From positions 1 to 64,000 of the forward strand of contig JBLIRN010000014.1 of NCBI GenBank assembly GCA_049472315.1: a stretch of 64,000 bases of DNA, read 5' to 3'. The notes beneath the pieces were generated by a model. It saw nothing but the letters and a program-made list of their open reading frames with translations. It had not been told where the DNA came from and did no database searches. A program made the translations under genes and the position numbers. Source of the DNA: a bacterium. Its GTDB lineage: Bacteria > SZUA-182 > DTGQ01 > JAFGSM01. Positions 34,892-45,581 of the stretch are shown piece by piece (the first letter of the stretch is position 1; every line of letters starts with the position of its first letter).

Positions 34892-35617
34892 ATGCTCATC
34901 ATTTCTCATAAAGCCCCGCTGTTCTTCTCGATCATGGGGATGCTGATCACCGTAATCCCACTGAGCGTATCCTGGGCCATGGGCACGGGGCGGTCCGCGC
35001 AGGACACCGCCCGTATCCCCCTTCCCTCCCCCGCCCTTACGGGCACGGTCTCGGTGGAAGAGGCGATCAAGGCGCGACGCACGCGCAGGAATTTTTCACC
35101 AGACCCCCTTTCCATGGAGGAATGGGGCCAGATCCTGTGGGCGGCCCAGGGCATCACCTCCGAGGGGGGTATGGGGATGAGGGCTGCCCCGTCAGCCGGG
35201 GCACTCTATCCCCTCGACATCTATCTCATTGCCGGTGAGGGCGGCACCGGATCCTTGAGTGCCGGTGTGTACCACTACGAACCGCTGCAGCATGCCCTGA
35301 TGCGCCTCTCATCCGAGGATATGAGGAAGAAGGTTGCCGAGGCATCCCTCTATCAGGGCTGGATGGCCGAGGCACCCGGCATGATCCTCATAGCCGTCGA
35401 ATATGCGAGAATAACCGGGAAATATAAAGAGCGGGGGATTCGCTATGCCCATTTCGAGGCGGGTCATGTGGCCCAGAACTGCTTCCTCCAGGCGGAATCC
35501 CTCGGCCTTCACGTGGGCATTGTGGGTGCATTCGAGGATGAGACCATGAAGAAAATCCTCCCCCTCCCCAAGGGACATGAGCCCCTGCTTATTCTGCCAG
35601 TGGGGAGACCTCGATGA
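34892..35617 (+). CDS. SagB/ThcOx-type nitroreductase-family oxidoreductase with a signal-like N-terminus
   Basis: RRTRRNFS, ILWAAQG, RAAPSAGALYP, EAGHVAQN, VGAFED. Confidence 0.88.
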   Translation: MLIISHKAPLFFSIMGMLITVIPLSVSWAMGTGRSAQDTARIPLPSPALTGTVSVEEAIKARRTRRNFSPDPLSMEEWGQILWAAQGITSEGGMGMRAAPSAGALYPLDIYLIAGEGGTGSLSAGVYHYEPLQHALMRLSSEDMRKKVAEASLYQGWMAEAPGMILIAVEYARITGKYKERGIRYAHFEAGHVAQNCFLQAESLGLHVGIVGAFEDETMKKILPLPKGHEPLLILPVGRPR

Positions 35618-36513
35618 AGAGGAGTTTGAAACGGATCGGGATCGTATCCCTCCCTGACCCCCAAAGGGCCGGCCCCATGCTTTTGGAGATCATCGGGTGG
35701 CTTTCCACCCGGTCCTTTACCATCTTTCTGGATACGAATACGGCACAGGTGGTGGGTGAAACGGTGCGGGCAGGGTTTTCCGTGTGCCGTATCGACGAGC
35801 TCCCCGGGGTCGCAGATATCGTCCTGGTCCTGGGAGGGGATGGGACACTGCTGAGGGTCGCCCGTCACATAGGACACTCGGGCATTATCATGCTCGGCGT
35901 CAATCTCGGCAGCCTGGGCTTCTTAACGGATGTAAAGGCAGATGACGCCGTTGCCACCCTGGAGCAGGTCATCAACGGCAGATATACCCTTGACGAACGC
36001 ATGGTGCTGCACGCAACGGTCAAGCAGTACGACGGAACCATCAAACAATCATCGTTTGCGCTCAATGACGTGGTCATCAACAGCGGGCCTCACAGCAGGC
36101 TCGTCAATCTCAGCATTTCGGTAGACGGCGCGTGGATCAACACATTCCTCTCCGACGGCCTGATCATTTCCACGCCCACCGGCTCCACCGCCTATTCACT
36201 CTCCGCCGGCGGACCTATCGTTCACCCGAAGCTCCACGCCATCCTCATCACCCCCATCTGTCCCCATATCCTCACCAACCGACCGATTGTCATCCCCGAT
36301 GACGAAAGGATCGTGGTGGTGGTACAGGAAAAGGGGATCGGAAACGGCTCGGAGTGTCTCCTGTGCGCCGATGGTCAGGTGGTGACGGGATTAAAGCCGG
36401 GCGACACGGTCCAGGTCACCAAGGCTGCGCATACGATCAAGCTCATTCAGCCGGAAGGGACCGATTACTACCACGTGCTCAGAACAAAGCTGAAGTGGGG
36501 GGAAAGGGGATAG
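35614..36513 (+). CDS. nadK: NAD(+) kinase
   Basis: LGGDGT, GVNLGSLGFL, ALND, DGLIISTPTGSTAYSLSAGGP, KLKWG. Confidence 0.95.
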   Translation: MKRSLKRIGIVSLPDPQRAGPMLLEIIGWLSTRSFTIFLDTNTAQVVGETVRAGFSVCRIDELPGVADIVLVLGGDGTLLRVARHIGHSGIIMLGVNLGSLGFLTDVKADDAVATLEQVINGRYTLDERMVLHATVKQYDGTIKQSSFALNDVVINSGPHSRLVNLSISVDGAWINTFLSDGLIISTPTGSTAYSLSAGGPIVHPKLHAILITPICPHILTNRPIVIPDDERIVVVVQEKGIGNGSECLLCADGQVVTGLKPGDTVQVTKAAHTIKLIQPEGTDYYHVLRTKLKWGERG

Positions 36514-36518
36514 CATTT

Positions 36519-38222
36519 GTGCTCAAGGAACTCCATATCAGGAACTTTGCCCTCATCGACCAACTCTCCATCAGTTTCGATCCCCACCTGAACATCCTCA
36601 CCGGGGAGACCGGGGCGGGAAAGACCATCCTGATCAATGCCCTCAATCTTCTCCTCGGAGGACGTGCCTCAACGGATTTCATACGCACCGGAGAGGAATC
36701 GGCTGAGGTGGAGGCCGCCTTCCGTCTCGACGAGGGGCATCCGGTCCACGCCTGCCTTGAATCGGCGGGATGTCCCTGCGCCCCTGAGGACGACCTGATC
36801 ATCAGGCGGATCATCTTTCGCTCGGAAAAGGCCAACCGGTGCTATGTGAACGGCCACATGGTTCCGGTGTCCCTCCTGGATGCCATCGGTTCATGGCTGG
36901 TGGATATCCACGGACAACATGAACATCAGATCCTGCTCAATCCGTCACGCCACCTGGATATCCTGGACCGCTTCGGCAATCTCGAGGGGGACGTGATGCA
37001 GGTGAGCGATTCCTTTCATGCCTACCAGGCATCACGCAACACATGGGAGGAACTGGTGCGTCGGCGGGAAGAGAGCGCGCGGGAGCGGGAAATCCTCGCC
37101 TTCCAGCGAAAGGAGCTCGAAGTCGCCCGCCTGGTGCCGGGTGAGGAGGAAGAACTCCTCGGCGAGCAGAATATCCTGGCTCATGCAGTCAAGATCCGTG
37201 AGCTGACCTCCTCCCTTCTCAACACCCTGTATCAGTCCGAGGGATCGGTCACCGAGACACTGGGTGATGCCCTGGGAAGATTTCAGTCGCTTTCCTCCCT
37301 TGATCTCCGTTTTCGCCCCATGGAAGAGACCCTGAACGGCGTACTCATACAGATCGAGGATATCACCCACCAGCTCATGGAATATGAATCCAAACAGGAT
37401 TTCAGTCCCGATCATCTCGAACGGGTGCAGGAGCGACTGGATTGTATCAGCAGATTGAAAAAGAAATACCAGCGGACCTTTGAGGAATTGATCGGACTTC
37501 GGAACACGATGGAGGAACGATGGGAATTGCTCGAGAACTATGAGGAGAGAATTCGGAACGCCGAGGATGCGATGCATGAACGCTGGCAGGACCTGCGCCG
37601 GCATGCACTCGATGTGTCGGAAAAGAGGCGCCGGGTGGCAAGGCGGATCGAGCAGGGTATTGAGGCGCAGTTGAATGATCTTGCCTTGGGGCAGGCACGG
37701 TTTGTGGTGTCACATTCCCATCCCCCGGTCTCCGATCAGGGTCCCCCGAAAAACATGACCGCGCGGGGCTTCGACGAGATCGAATTCCTCTTTTCCGCAA
37801 ATCCCGGGGAGGATCCCAGGCCCTTGGCACGAATTGCCTCAGGCGGGGAGATATCACGGGTGATGCTCGGATTCAAGTCATGTCTTGCCATGGCCGACCA
37901 GGTGCTCACGTTGGTGTTCGATGAGATCGATACCGGCATCGGCGGGAGCGCCGCAGTGAAGGTTGGTCAGAAGATGAAAGACCTCGCCTCCAAACGCCAG
38001 ATCATCTGCATCACCCATTTGCCCCAGATTGCGAGCAACGCATCCACCCATTTTCTGGTATCGAAGCGGGTCGAAAGGGGAAGGACGCTCACCGAGGTAA
38101 CCCCTCTCTCCACCGGGGAACGGATACGAGAGCTTGCGAAGATGATCGCAGGCGACAGCCAGTCCGAAACCGCCCTGCGGCATGCCTCCGAAATACTGGA
38201 AAAATCAGGGACAACTCTATAA
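36519..38222 (+). CDS. recN: DNA repair protein RecN
   Basis: GTG start at 36519; LTGETGAGKT, DIHGQHEHQ, IASGGEISR, VFDEIDTGIGG, ITHLPQIA; canonical nadK-recN order. Confidence 0.95.
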   Translation: MLKELHIRNFALIDQLSISFDPHLNILTGETGAGKTILINALNLLLGGRASTDFIRTGEESAEVEAAFRLDEGHPVHACLESAGCPCAPEDDLIIRRIIFRSEKANRCYVNGHMVPVSLLDAIGSWLVDIHGQHEHQILLNPSRHLDILDRFGNLEGDVMQVSDSFHAYQASRNTWEELVRRREESAREREILAFQRKELEVARLVPGEEEELLGEQNILAHAVKIRELTSSLLNTLYQSEGSVTETLGDALGRFQSLSSLDLRFRPMEETLNGVLIQIEDITHQLMEYESKQDFSPDHLERVQERLDCISRLKKKYQRTFEELIGLRNTMEERWELLENYEERIRNAEDAMHERWQDLRRHALDVSEKRRRVARRIEQGIEAQLNDLALGQARFVVSHSHPPVSDQGPPKNMTARGFDEIEFLFSANPGEDPRPLARIASGGEISRVMLGFKSCLAMADQVLTLVFDEIDTGIGGSAAVKVGQKMKDLASKRQIICITHLPQIASNASTHFLVSKRVERGRTLTEVTPLSTGERIRELAKMIAGDSQSETALRHASEILEKSGTTL

Positions 38223-38438
38223 CACTCATCATTGTTGATATTTGACGTATCTTCGATCATAATAGGGTATGTAGTTCCTATAGAGTAAGTTATTTAATTA
38301 CTTAACAATATATGTTACTATGTAATCATTCAATATTCTCAATGCGGCGCCGCTCGCTGCGCGTATTGAATCGATGTGAGCGGATGGAGGTCCCGCCGCC
38401 GGGTCTATAGAGCAGAGGGCAAAAAAGGAGCCATTTTC

Positions 38439-40328
38439 ATGAGAGGCAAGATTCTTGAGAAGGACCACTTCACCAAGGAGAATACAGTGAACCGCCTGCA
38501 TAAGGGGATCGGGATCGCGCCCCGGCTCTATTTCGTTATCCTCGCCCTGCTCGCCTTCATGCTGGTCAGCGGGATGGTGGTGTACCGTCAGAACAGGAAC
38601 GTGCATGACGCCTTTAAAAAGATCCTCAACGAGATCCCCCACGAGCGCGCCATCTATGATGCACAGACCGCCATCACCGACTATATCATGCCTGCGAATG
38701 ACTACCTGATCACCGGTGATCCCGTGGAGCGGGAGAACAGTATCAATCTCGAGAAAAAGGTGGGGAAGGCGTTGGATCACTGCTACATGCTTGCGCGGGA
38801 AGATGAAAGGCACCTCATGGAACTCGTGGAGAGTGACTTTCAAAAGATCAAGCGGCTTTCGGACGATATTTTCTCCTTCAATGCGGTCTCCGACCGTAAA
38901 TTGGCCGGCGAGATCATGAAAAGGATGGATAAGCTTGCCATCGATTCGCGTGATCATATCAGGGAGCTTTTGAGGATGCACGATCTGCATATGGCCTCCG
39001 CCCGCATGGCGGCAGAGCAGGCCTGGGATCGGTCCCACCGGTGGATGTTTGGGATATTCGTCCTGGCGGTGGTATTCGGCCTCACCCTTATCACCTATAT
39101 CTCCACGTCCATCCTGCGTCCCTTGCGGATACTGGATACCTCGGCAATCAGGATCGCCGCCGGCGACCTGTCCGAGCTGCTGGTGATCGAGCGAAAGGGG
39201 GAACTGACCAGCCTGGCCGAGTCATTCAACCAGATGATCATCTCCCTGCGCCATCAGGTCGAAACCAGCAAAACGATCCTCAATGCCATCGCCGATCCGG
39301 TATTCACGGTTGACAACAACATGACCATCACCTACTTCAGCAAGGCATGTGAACGTCTCACCGGGTATACAGCCAAGGACGCCCTCGGCAGGAAATGCCG
39401 GGAGATCTTCAAGAGCAATATCTGCGAAGACCTCTGTGCCATAAAGAGGTCGGCACGGGAGGACCGGCCGATCCTGAACGTGGAGATCGAGACAAAGGAC
39501 AAGGTAGGCGACACCATGCCCATTATGGCCAGCGCATCCTGCCTCAAGGACTGGAAGGGAAACATCATGGGCGGGTGCGAGGTGTTTCGGGACATATCGG
39601 ACTGGAAAAGGATGACCAGGGAGTTGAAGGAGACGGAGCAGCAGCTCATCCTCTCCGAAAAACTCGCCGTGCTGGGCCGTCTTGCATCATCGGTTGGGCA
39701 CGAGCTGCGGAATCCGCTCGCGGTCATACAAAATTCCGCCTACTACCTCAAGAGCAAGGTGGGATCGGATCAATCCAAGCTCTTGAAGCACCTTGAGATC
39801 ATTGAAAACGAGATAGAAAGCTCGAACAAGATCATCGGGGATCTCCTGGGGTTTTCGCGACGCAAGAAGCCGGACCTTGCCCCCCTCGACCTGAATGCGA
39901 CCATCGACTCCTCGCTTCACCGGATTCGGGTGCGGGAGGACATCACCGTTGAACGAAACCTGGATGCAAGCCTGCCCCCCATTATGGGAGACAAGGACCA
40001 GATCCATCAGGTCCTGGTGAATCTCATCTACAATGCCGAACACGCGATGGGAAAGTCGAGCGGCCAGATCACCATCACCACGCAGAAAAAGGGAAACACG
40101 GTGGAACTGAGCGTTTCCGATACCGGGTGCGGCATACCGGAGGAGGATCTGGATAAGCTCTTTGATCCCTTCTTCACCACGAAGGCCAAAGGGATCGGTC
40201 TCGGGTTGGCGATCACGAAGTCCATCATAGAGCATCTCAGCGGGAGGATAGACGTGGAATCAACCATGGGCAAGGGCACGACCTTCACCATCACCTTTAC
40301 TATGGAGCCGGTTGAAGACCTGGCATGA
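38439..40328 (+). CDS. Membrane sensor histidine kinase (helical periplasmic sensor, HAMP, PAS, HisKA, HATPase)
   Basis: Two TM helices; VGHELRNPL, NLIYNA, DTGCGI, PFFTTK, GIGLGL. Confidence 0.92.
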   Translation: MRGKILEKDHFTKENTVNRLHKGIGIAPRLYFVILALLAFMLVSGMVVYRQNRNVHDAFKKILNEIPHERAIYDAQTAITDYIMPANDYLITGDPVERENSINLEKKVGKALDHCYMLAREDERHLMELVESDFQKIKRLSDDIFSFNAVSDRKLAGEIMKRMDKLAIDSRDHIRELLRMHDLHMASARMAAEQAWDRSHRWMFGIFVLAVVFGLTLITYISTSILRPLRILDTSAIRIAAGDLSELLVIERKGELTSLAESFNQMIISLRHQVETSKTILNAIADPVFTVDNNMTITYFSKACERLTGYTAKDALGRKCREIFKSNICEDLCAIKRSAREDRPILNVEIETKDKVGDTMPIMASASCLKDWKGNIMGGCEVFRDISDWKRMTRELKETEQQLILSEKLAVLGRLASSVGHELRNPLAVIQNSAYYLKSKVGSDQSKLLKHLEIIENEIESSNKIIGDLLGFSRRKKPDLAPLDLNATIDSSLHRIRVREDITVERNLDASLPPIMGDKDQIHQVLVNLIYNAEHAMGKSSGQITITTQKKGNTVELSVSDTGCGIPEEDLDKLFDPFFTTKAKGIGLGLAITKSIIEHLSGRIDVESTMGKGTTFTITFTMEPVEDLA

Positions 40329-40346
40329 AACAATGCGGTGCTATCC

Positions 40347-40766
40347 ATGAAAGGAAACAACGAGGTAAAGATCCTGGTCGTGGACGACCAACCCGGCATG
40401 TGTGAAACCCTCCTGGATATACTGGAGGACGTCGGCTATAACGTGGAGTCCGCTCAGGATGGGTCCGCCGCCATTGAAATGAACAGACGGGCGACCTTCG
40501 ACATCATCCTGATGGACATCATCATGCCGGGGATCAACGGGGTGGATGCATTGAAGCTCATCAAGCAGATAAACCCGGATACCACCGTTATCCTTATGAC
40601 CGCCTATACTGCACCCGACTTGATCATGGAAGCCCAGAAGGCGGGGGTGTATGAATGTCTCACCAAGCCCTTCAAGCCTTCACGACTTCTGGATATCATC
40701 ACCAGGCTGTGCCAGGAACGAAAGGTCATGCTTGGCATGAGAGGAAAAAAGGGCCATGCGGAATAA
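40347..40766 (+). CDS. Single-domain response regulator
   Basis: ILVVDD, ILMDIIMP, LMTAY, LTKPF. Confidence 0.9.
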   Translation: MKGNNEVKILVVDDQPGMCETLLDILEDVGYNVESAQDGSAAIEMNRRATFDIILMDIIMPGINGVDALKLIKQINPDTTVILMTAYTAPDLIMEAQKAGVYECLTKPFKPSRLLDIITRLCQERKVMLGMRGKKGHAE

Positions 40767-42372
40767 CAACAACGCGATATTGGTCATCGATGATGAACTG
40801 GGCATGCGGGAGACGCTCACCGATATCCTCCAGGACGAGGGGTATGATGTCTCCACCGCGGAAAACGGCACTGATGCCATCACCGCGGTACAAAAACGCT
40901 TCTTCAATGTGGTGTTCATCGACATCAATCTTCCGGATATCAGCGGTCTTGACGTATTGAAGACAATCAAAAAAATCACTACCGACACCTATCCGATCAT
41001 GCTCACCGCATCCGCCACCATCGAGAATTCCATAAAGGCGCTCAATCAGGGGGCCTATGCCTATATCGTCAAGCCCTTCGATGTCAAGACCATCAAGGAA
41101 ACCATCCAGCGTGCCATTGCCGAGCAGAGGCTGGTGCTCGAGAACAAGCGGCTCCTCCAGGAATTGAAGACCTCCAACAAGGCGCTCTTACAGGCAAAGA
41201 CAGAGGTCGATACCATGAACAGGGAGCTTGAGTCCAAGATCCGTCAGCGGACCAAGCAGCTCAGGGAGCAGATGACCTGGACGGAGACCATCATCGACAG
41301 TCTGGCCGATGGACTGTGCACCGTGGACAAGCGATGGAAGATCACCCTGTTCAATCGGCAGGCGGAGCTGATTACCGGATACAAGGCTGAAGAAGTACTG
41401 GGAAAGGATCACACGGAGATCTTTCAAAGCATGTGCCACGACTGCACGAAGCTTATCGAAAAGACCATTCGAAAGGGCGAACGGGTATCCGGGCTGGAGA
41501 TCTATATAGAGGACAAGAACGGACGCCTGATCCCCCTCCTGGTCAGCGCAGCCCCCATCCGGGGCAAGAACAGGGAGATACTGGGCGCGGTGCAGAACTT
41601 CAGGGATATCACCGATCACAAGCAATTGCAGGAGCAGCTCATTCAGGCCTCCAAGCTGGCGTCGATGGGCGAGCTTTTGGCCAATTTCACCCACGAGATC
41701 AAGAATCCCTTGAACGGCATGATACTCTTCGCCACACTCATCAAGGCAGAGGCCGCACCCAACAGCGAGATCTTCAACTATGCCGAGAGGATACTCGAGG
41801 AAGGGACCAGGATCGGAAGGATCGCAGGGGACGTTCTGACCTTTTCACGACAGAACATCCAGGAATACAACTACGAGAACATCATCCCCATCGTCGAGTC
41901 CACCCTTTCCTTGACCGAACAACAATTGAACCTGGACGGAATCCAGGTGGAGCGGGATTTCGATGACTCCCTTCCCCGGCTGAAGGTGAACATCGGCCGT
42001 ATCCAGCAGGTGCTCCTCAACATGATCAACAATGCCCAGTTCAGCCTGAACAAGCGGTTCGGCCAGTTCGACAGCAAGGGGAGAAAGAAGATCAAGCTCT
42101 CGGTACACAATATGACCGTCGACGACAAGCCATGGGTCCAGATCCGGATCGAGGACAACGGTATGGGGATCAGTCAGAAGAACATGAAGCGGATATTCGA
42201 TCCCTTCTTCACCACCAAACCCGTCGGTCAGGGCACCGGCCTGGGCTTGAGCGTGAGCTATGGCATCATCAAGGACCATCATGGAGAGATAGGTGTTCAA
42301 AGCCAGGAAAAAAAAATTACAAGATTTATCATCGATCTGCCAGCCTTCGAAACCGAGGCCGTCACCCCATAA
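40756..42372 (+). CDS. Cytoplasmic receiver-PAS-histidine kinase
   Basis: ILVIDDE receiver; PAS (FNRQAELITGY); FTHEIKNPL; GTGLGL. Confidence 0.9.
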   Translation: MRNNNNAILVIDDELGMRETLTDILQDEGYDVSTAENGTDAITAVQKRFFNVVFIDINLPDISGLDVLKTIKKITTDTYPIMLTASATIENSIKALNQGAYAYIVKPFDVKTIKETIQRAIAEQRLVLENKRLLQELKTSNKALLQAKTEVDTMNRELESKIRQRTKQLREQMTWTETIIDSLADGLCTVDKRWKITLFNRQAELITGYKAEEVLGKDHTEIFQSMCHDCTKLIEKTIRKGERVSGLEIYIEDKNGRLIPLLVSAAPIRGKNREILGAVQNFRDITDHKQLQEQLIQASKLASMGELLANFTHEIKNPLNGMILFATLIKAEAAPNSEIFNYAERILEEGTRIGRIAGDVLTFSRQNIQEYNYENIIPIVESTLSLTEQQLNLDGIQVERDFDDSLPRLKVNIGRIQQVLLNMINNAQFSLNKRFGQFDSKGRKKIKLSVHNMTVDDKPWVQIRIEDNGMGISQKNMKRIFDPFFTTKPVGQGTGLGLSVSYGIIKDHHGEIGVQSQEKKITRFIIDLPAFETEAVTP

Positions 42373-42376
42373 AACA

Positions 42377-44128
42377 ATGCCTTCCTCATTGGATATCCTG
42401 ATCATCGATGATGAGATCTATCAGTGCGAAACCCTTAAAGATCTTCTGGAGGACGAAGGGTATACGGTGGCCACCGCCACGGATGGAAATACGGGGCTTG
42501 AATTTCTGGACGGGAACCGGTGCCTGGTAGCGATCATCGATATCATGCTCCCTGATACCAGCGGCCTCGATATTCTCAAGATCATCAAATATAAAGGGAT
42601 CGATTGCCTTCCCATCATGCTGACCGCCTTTGCAACCTTGGAAACCAGCATCAATGCCCTTAACGAGGGTGCCTACGCTTACATCGTCAAGCCCTACAAG
42701 GTCGACGAGGTGAAGGCCACGGTGCGCAACGCCATAGAAAAGCAACGGCTCGCCCATGAAAACAGGGAATTGCTCCAGAACCTCAAAAAGGCCAATAAGA
42801 ACCTGACCAGGGTGACCAAGGAACTCGAGGAGCTCAACCGGGACCTCGAGGACAAGGTCTTTGAACGCACCCGGGAGTTGGCCGAGGCAAAGGACAAGAT
42901 GGCAAAGATCATGTCGAGCATTGCCGAAGGAATCATCTCACTGGACAAGGAATTTCACATCACCTCCTACAACAGGGCAGCCGAGCAGATTACCGGGTAC
43001 CAGGCAGAGGAGGTACTGGGCAAATTCTGCTGGGATGTCTTCAAAGACGCCGATTGTGAGAATTGCCTGAAGGCTGTGATCTCGTTGAACCGGCCGGTGG
43101 TCAATCTCGAAAAGATCATCCATACCAAGAATCGCGGCCCCATTGCCATTCTCGCGAGCATCGACGTGCTCAAGGACGAAGAGGGAAACATCATCGGCGG
43201 GGTCAAGACCTTTCGCGACATCTCCATGCTCAAACTCATGCAGGAGGAATTAAAGGAGACCAACCGCGAACTCCTGTCGAACCAGAAGGCGCTCAAGAAG
43301 GCCTATTGGGAGTTGGAGAAATCAAAGGAAAAGCTGAGCGAGTGGGCCCAGGAACTGGACCGCAAGGTCCAGTTGCGCACAAGGGAACTCGAGGAGGCAA
43401 ACGAGAAGCTCAGGCAGGCAAACATCCGGCTGACCGAGCTCGATCGCCTGAAGTCCAGGTTCCTTGCCACGGTGAGCCATGAGATCAAAACCCCGCTTAC
43501 CTCCATCATCGGGTACACCAACCTGCTGACCGCCCAGGACAACCAGCGGCTTGCCAAGAAACAGATCGACAGCCTCAACCGCATCAAGCGCAACAGCAGC
43601 ATACTCCAGGACCTCATCGAACAACTTCTCGACCTGTCAAAGATCGAATCGGGCAAGATCGAGGTACACATGGAAACGGTCCATCTGAATGAGGTGATCG
43701 ACGAGGTCATATATATCACCGAGCAGATCATCAATCAGAAGGGGATCACGGTCACGACCATCGTGCCCGACAATCTCCCGTGCATACGTTCGGACCGCAG
43801 CAAGGTGAAACAGATCCTTCTCAATCTCCTTACCAACGCCGTTAAGTACACGGAACGAAAGCACGCCGAGATCGTCATCCGGGTGAATCAGGAGCCCAAA
43901 CGACTCGTTGTCTCCGTCCAGGACCAGGGGATCGGTATCGCCCCCGAGGACCAAAAGGTCATCTTCGATCCCTTCCGGCAGGCGGACAGCATCATCTATC
44001 GAAAATACGGGGGTACGGGACTCGGATTGAGCATCGTGAAGGAATTCGTGAAGCTTCATGGCGGAGAGATATGGGTGGAGAGTGAGTCCGGCAAGGGGTC
44101 CACGTTCTCCTTTTCCCTGCCCTTGTAA
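42377..44128 (+). CDS. Cytoplasmic receiver-PAS-coiled coil-histidine kinase
   Basis: Start ATG 42377; ILIIDDE receiver; PAS (YNRAAEQITGY); VSHEIKTPL; GGTGLGL. Confidence 0.9.
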   Translation: MPSSLDILIIDDEIYQCETLKDLLEDEGYTVATATDGNTGLEFLDGNRCLVAIIDIMLPDTSGLDILKIIKYKGIDCLPIMLTAFATLETSINALNEGAYAYIVKPYKVDEVKATVRNAIEKQRLAHENRELLQNLKKANKNLTRVTKELEELNRDLEDKVFERTRELAEAKDKMAKIMSSIAEGIISLDKEFHITSYNRAAEQITGYQAEEVLGKFCWDVFKDADCENCLKAVISLNRPVVNLEKIIHTKNRGPIAILASIDVLKDEEGNIIGGVKTFRDISMLKLMQEELKETNRELLSNQKALKKAYWELEKSKEKLSEWAQELDRKVQLRTRELEEANEKLRQANIRLTELDRLKSRFLATVSHEIKTPLTSIIGYTNLLTAQDNQRLAKKQIDSLNRIKRNSSILQDLIEQLLDLSKIESGKIEVHMETVHLNEVIDEVIYITEQIINQKGITVTTIVPDNLPCIRSDRSKVKQILLNLLTNAVKYTERKHAEIVIRVNQEPKRLVVSVQDQGIGIAPEDQKVIFDPFRQADSIIYRKYGGTGLGLSIVKEFVKLHGGEIWVESESGKGSTFSFSLPL

Positions 44129-44144
44129 TGGAGGAAACCTGATC

Positions 44145-44369
44145 ATGCAGCGATTAAAGGGTATTCACCTTACCATAGAAAAGGACTGGTGCAAGGGGTG
44201 CGAGTTGTGCATCGAGGCCTGCCCGCATCACCTCCTCAGCCTGAGCGAGGACCTGAATGCGTCCGGGTTCCACTATGCCGTGCTCACAGACCCGGAAGAG
44301 TGCACCGGTTGCGCCTCGTGTGCACTGATGTGTCCCGACCTCGCCATACAGATCCGCATGCTGGAATGA
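44145..44369 (+). CDS. 2x[4Fe-4S] ferredoxin, delta subunit of the 2-oxoacid:ferredoxin oxidoreductase
   Basis: CKGCELCIEACP and CTGCASCALMCPD; GGAGG RBS. Confidence 0.9.
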   Translation: MQRLKGIHLTIEKDWCKGCELCIEACPHHLLSLSEDLNASGFHYAVLTDPEECTGCASCALMCPDLAIQIRMLE

Positions 44370-44429
44370 CGCATGCCTGACCGCTATAGACCAATAAAAA
44401 TGCAATTGCTCGATGGTCTTTGTCGCATC

Positions 44430-44457
44430 TTTACGAATGAAGGATATGTGCTATAAT
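44430..44457 (+). promoter_or_regulatory. Putative extended -10 sigma-70 promoter upstream of the alpha subunit
   Basis: TTTACG-N16-TATAAT with TG at the extended -10 position. Confidence 0.5.
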
Positions 44458-44488
44458 GAATACGTTTTTTTGACGAGGCATGTGAACT

Positions 44489-45571
44489 ATGAACAAAAAA
44501 AGGGGATCGAAGACAACACGGATACTGATGAAGGGGAATGAGGCGGTATGCGAGGGTGCCGTTCAGGCCGGGTGCCGGTGCTATTTCGGGTACCCCATCA
44601 CCCCCCAGAATGAAATCCCCGCGTACATGTCATGGCGGATGCCCCAGACCGGAAATGTCTTCCTGCAGGCCGAAAGCGAGCTTGCCGCCATTAACATGGT
44701 ATTCGGAGCATCCGCGGTAGGAGTGCGCGCCATGACCTCCTCCTCGAGCCCAGGGATCAGCCTCAAGCAGGAGGGTATCTCCTACCTGGCAGGGGCGGAA
44801 CTGCCGGCGGTGATCGTGAACATCATGCGGGGGGGGCCCGGCCTCGGAAACATTGCAGGCTCCCAGGGGGACTATTTCCAGGCCACCAGGGGCGGGGGCC
44901 ACGGGGACTACCGCACCATATGCCTCGCCCCCGGCTCCGTACAGGAGATGATGGACTTTACCCGGGAGGCGTTCGATCTTGCCGACCGTTACCGGACCCC
45001 CACGCTGGTGCTCGGCGACGGGATCCTGGGGCAGATGATGGAACCGATCGACTACCCGGAGGAGGCGCCCCCTCCTCCCCTGCCCGAGAAGGATTGGGCC
45101 CTCACCGGGGCGCAGGGAAGGCCCCCCAGGGTGATCAAGAGTCTCTTTATGGGTGAGGGGGAGCTTGAGGAGCGCAACTGGATGCTGTTTCGGAAATACC
45201 AGCAGATAGAGGAGGAACTGCCCCGGTATGAATCCTTCATGACCGAGGATGCGGAGCTGTGCATCGTGGCCTTCGGCACTGCAGCGCGCGTTGCGCGTTC
45301 CGTGGTGTACATGGCACGGGATGAAGGGCTCCCGGTGGGCCTCCTGAGACCCATAACGCTCTATCCTTTTCCGAATAAGGCCCTCCTCCGGCTGGTACAA
45401 GGCAACGAAGGCCATATCCGATTTCTTGCGCTGGAGCTCAATCTCGGACAGATGATCGAGGACTGCCGTCTGGCGGTCAACGGGCTCGCCGAGGTCTCCT
45501 TCTACGGAAGGCCGGCGGGGAGCATCTTCGACCCGGAGGAGGTTCTGAAGGTGGTGAAGCGTCATTTCTAA
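44489..45571 (+). CDS. vorB: 2-oxoacid:ferredoxin oxidoreductase alpha subunit (VorB-like, 2-ketoisovalerate type)
   Basis: MKGNEA, GYPITPQNE, QAESE, MTSSSSPGISLKQEG, GGGHGDY. Confidence 0.88.
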   Translation: MNKKRGSKTTRILMKGNEAVCEGAVQAGCRCYFGYPITPQNEIPAYMSWRMPQTGNVFLQAESELAAINMVFGASAVGVRAMTSSSSPGISLKQEGISYLAGAELPAVIVNIMRGGPGLGNIAGSQGDYFQATRGGGHGDYRTICLAPGSVQEMMDFTREAFDLADRYRTPTLVLGDGILGQMMEPIDYPEEAPPPPLPEKDWALTGAQGRPPRVIKSLFMGEGELEERNWMLFRKYQQIEEELPRYESFMTEDAELCIVAFGTAARVARSVVYMARDEGLPVGLLRPITLYPFPNKALLRLVQGNEGHIRFLALELNLGQMIEDCRLAVNGLAEVSFYGRPAGSIFDPEEVLKVVKRHF

Positions 45572-45581
45572 TCACAGCGCA

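Noticed and set aside
34892..35617. SagB-type dehydrogenase as evidence of a RiPP (azole) cluster
   Set aside because: No YcaO, E1-like protein or precursor peptide nearby; it is a stand-alone nitroreductase upstream of nadK-recN.
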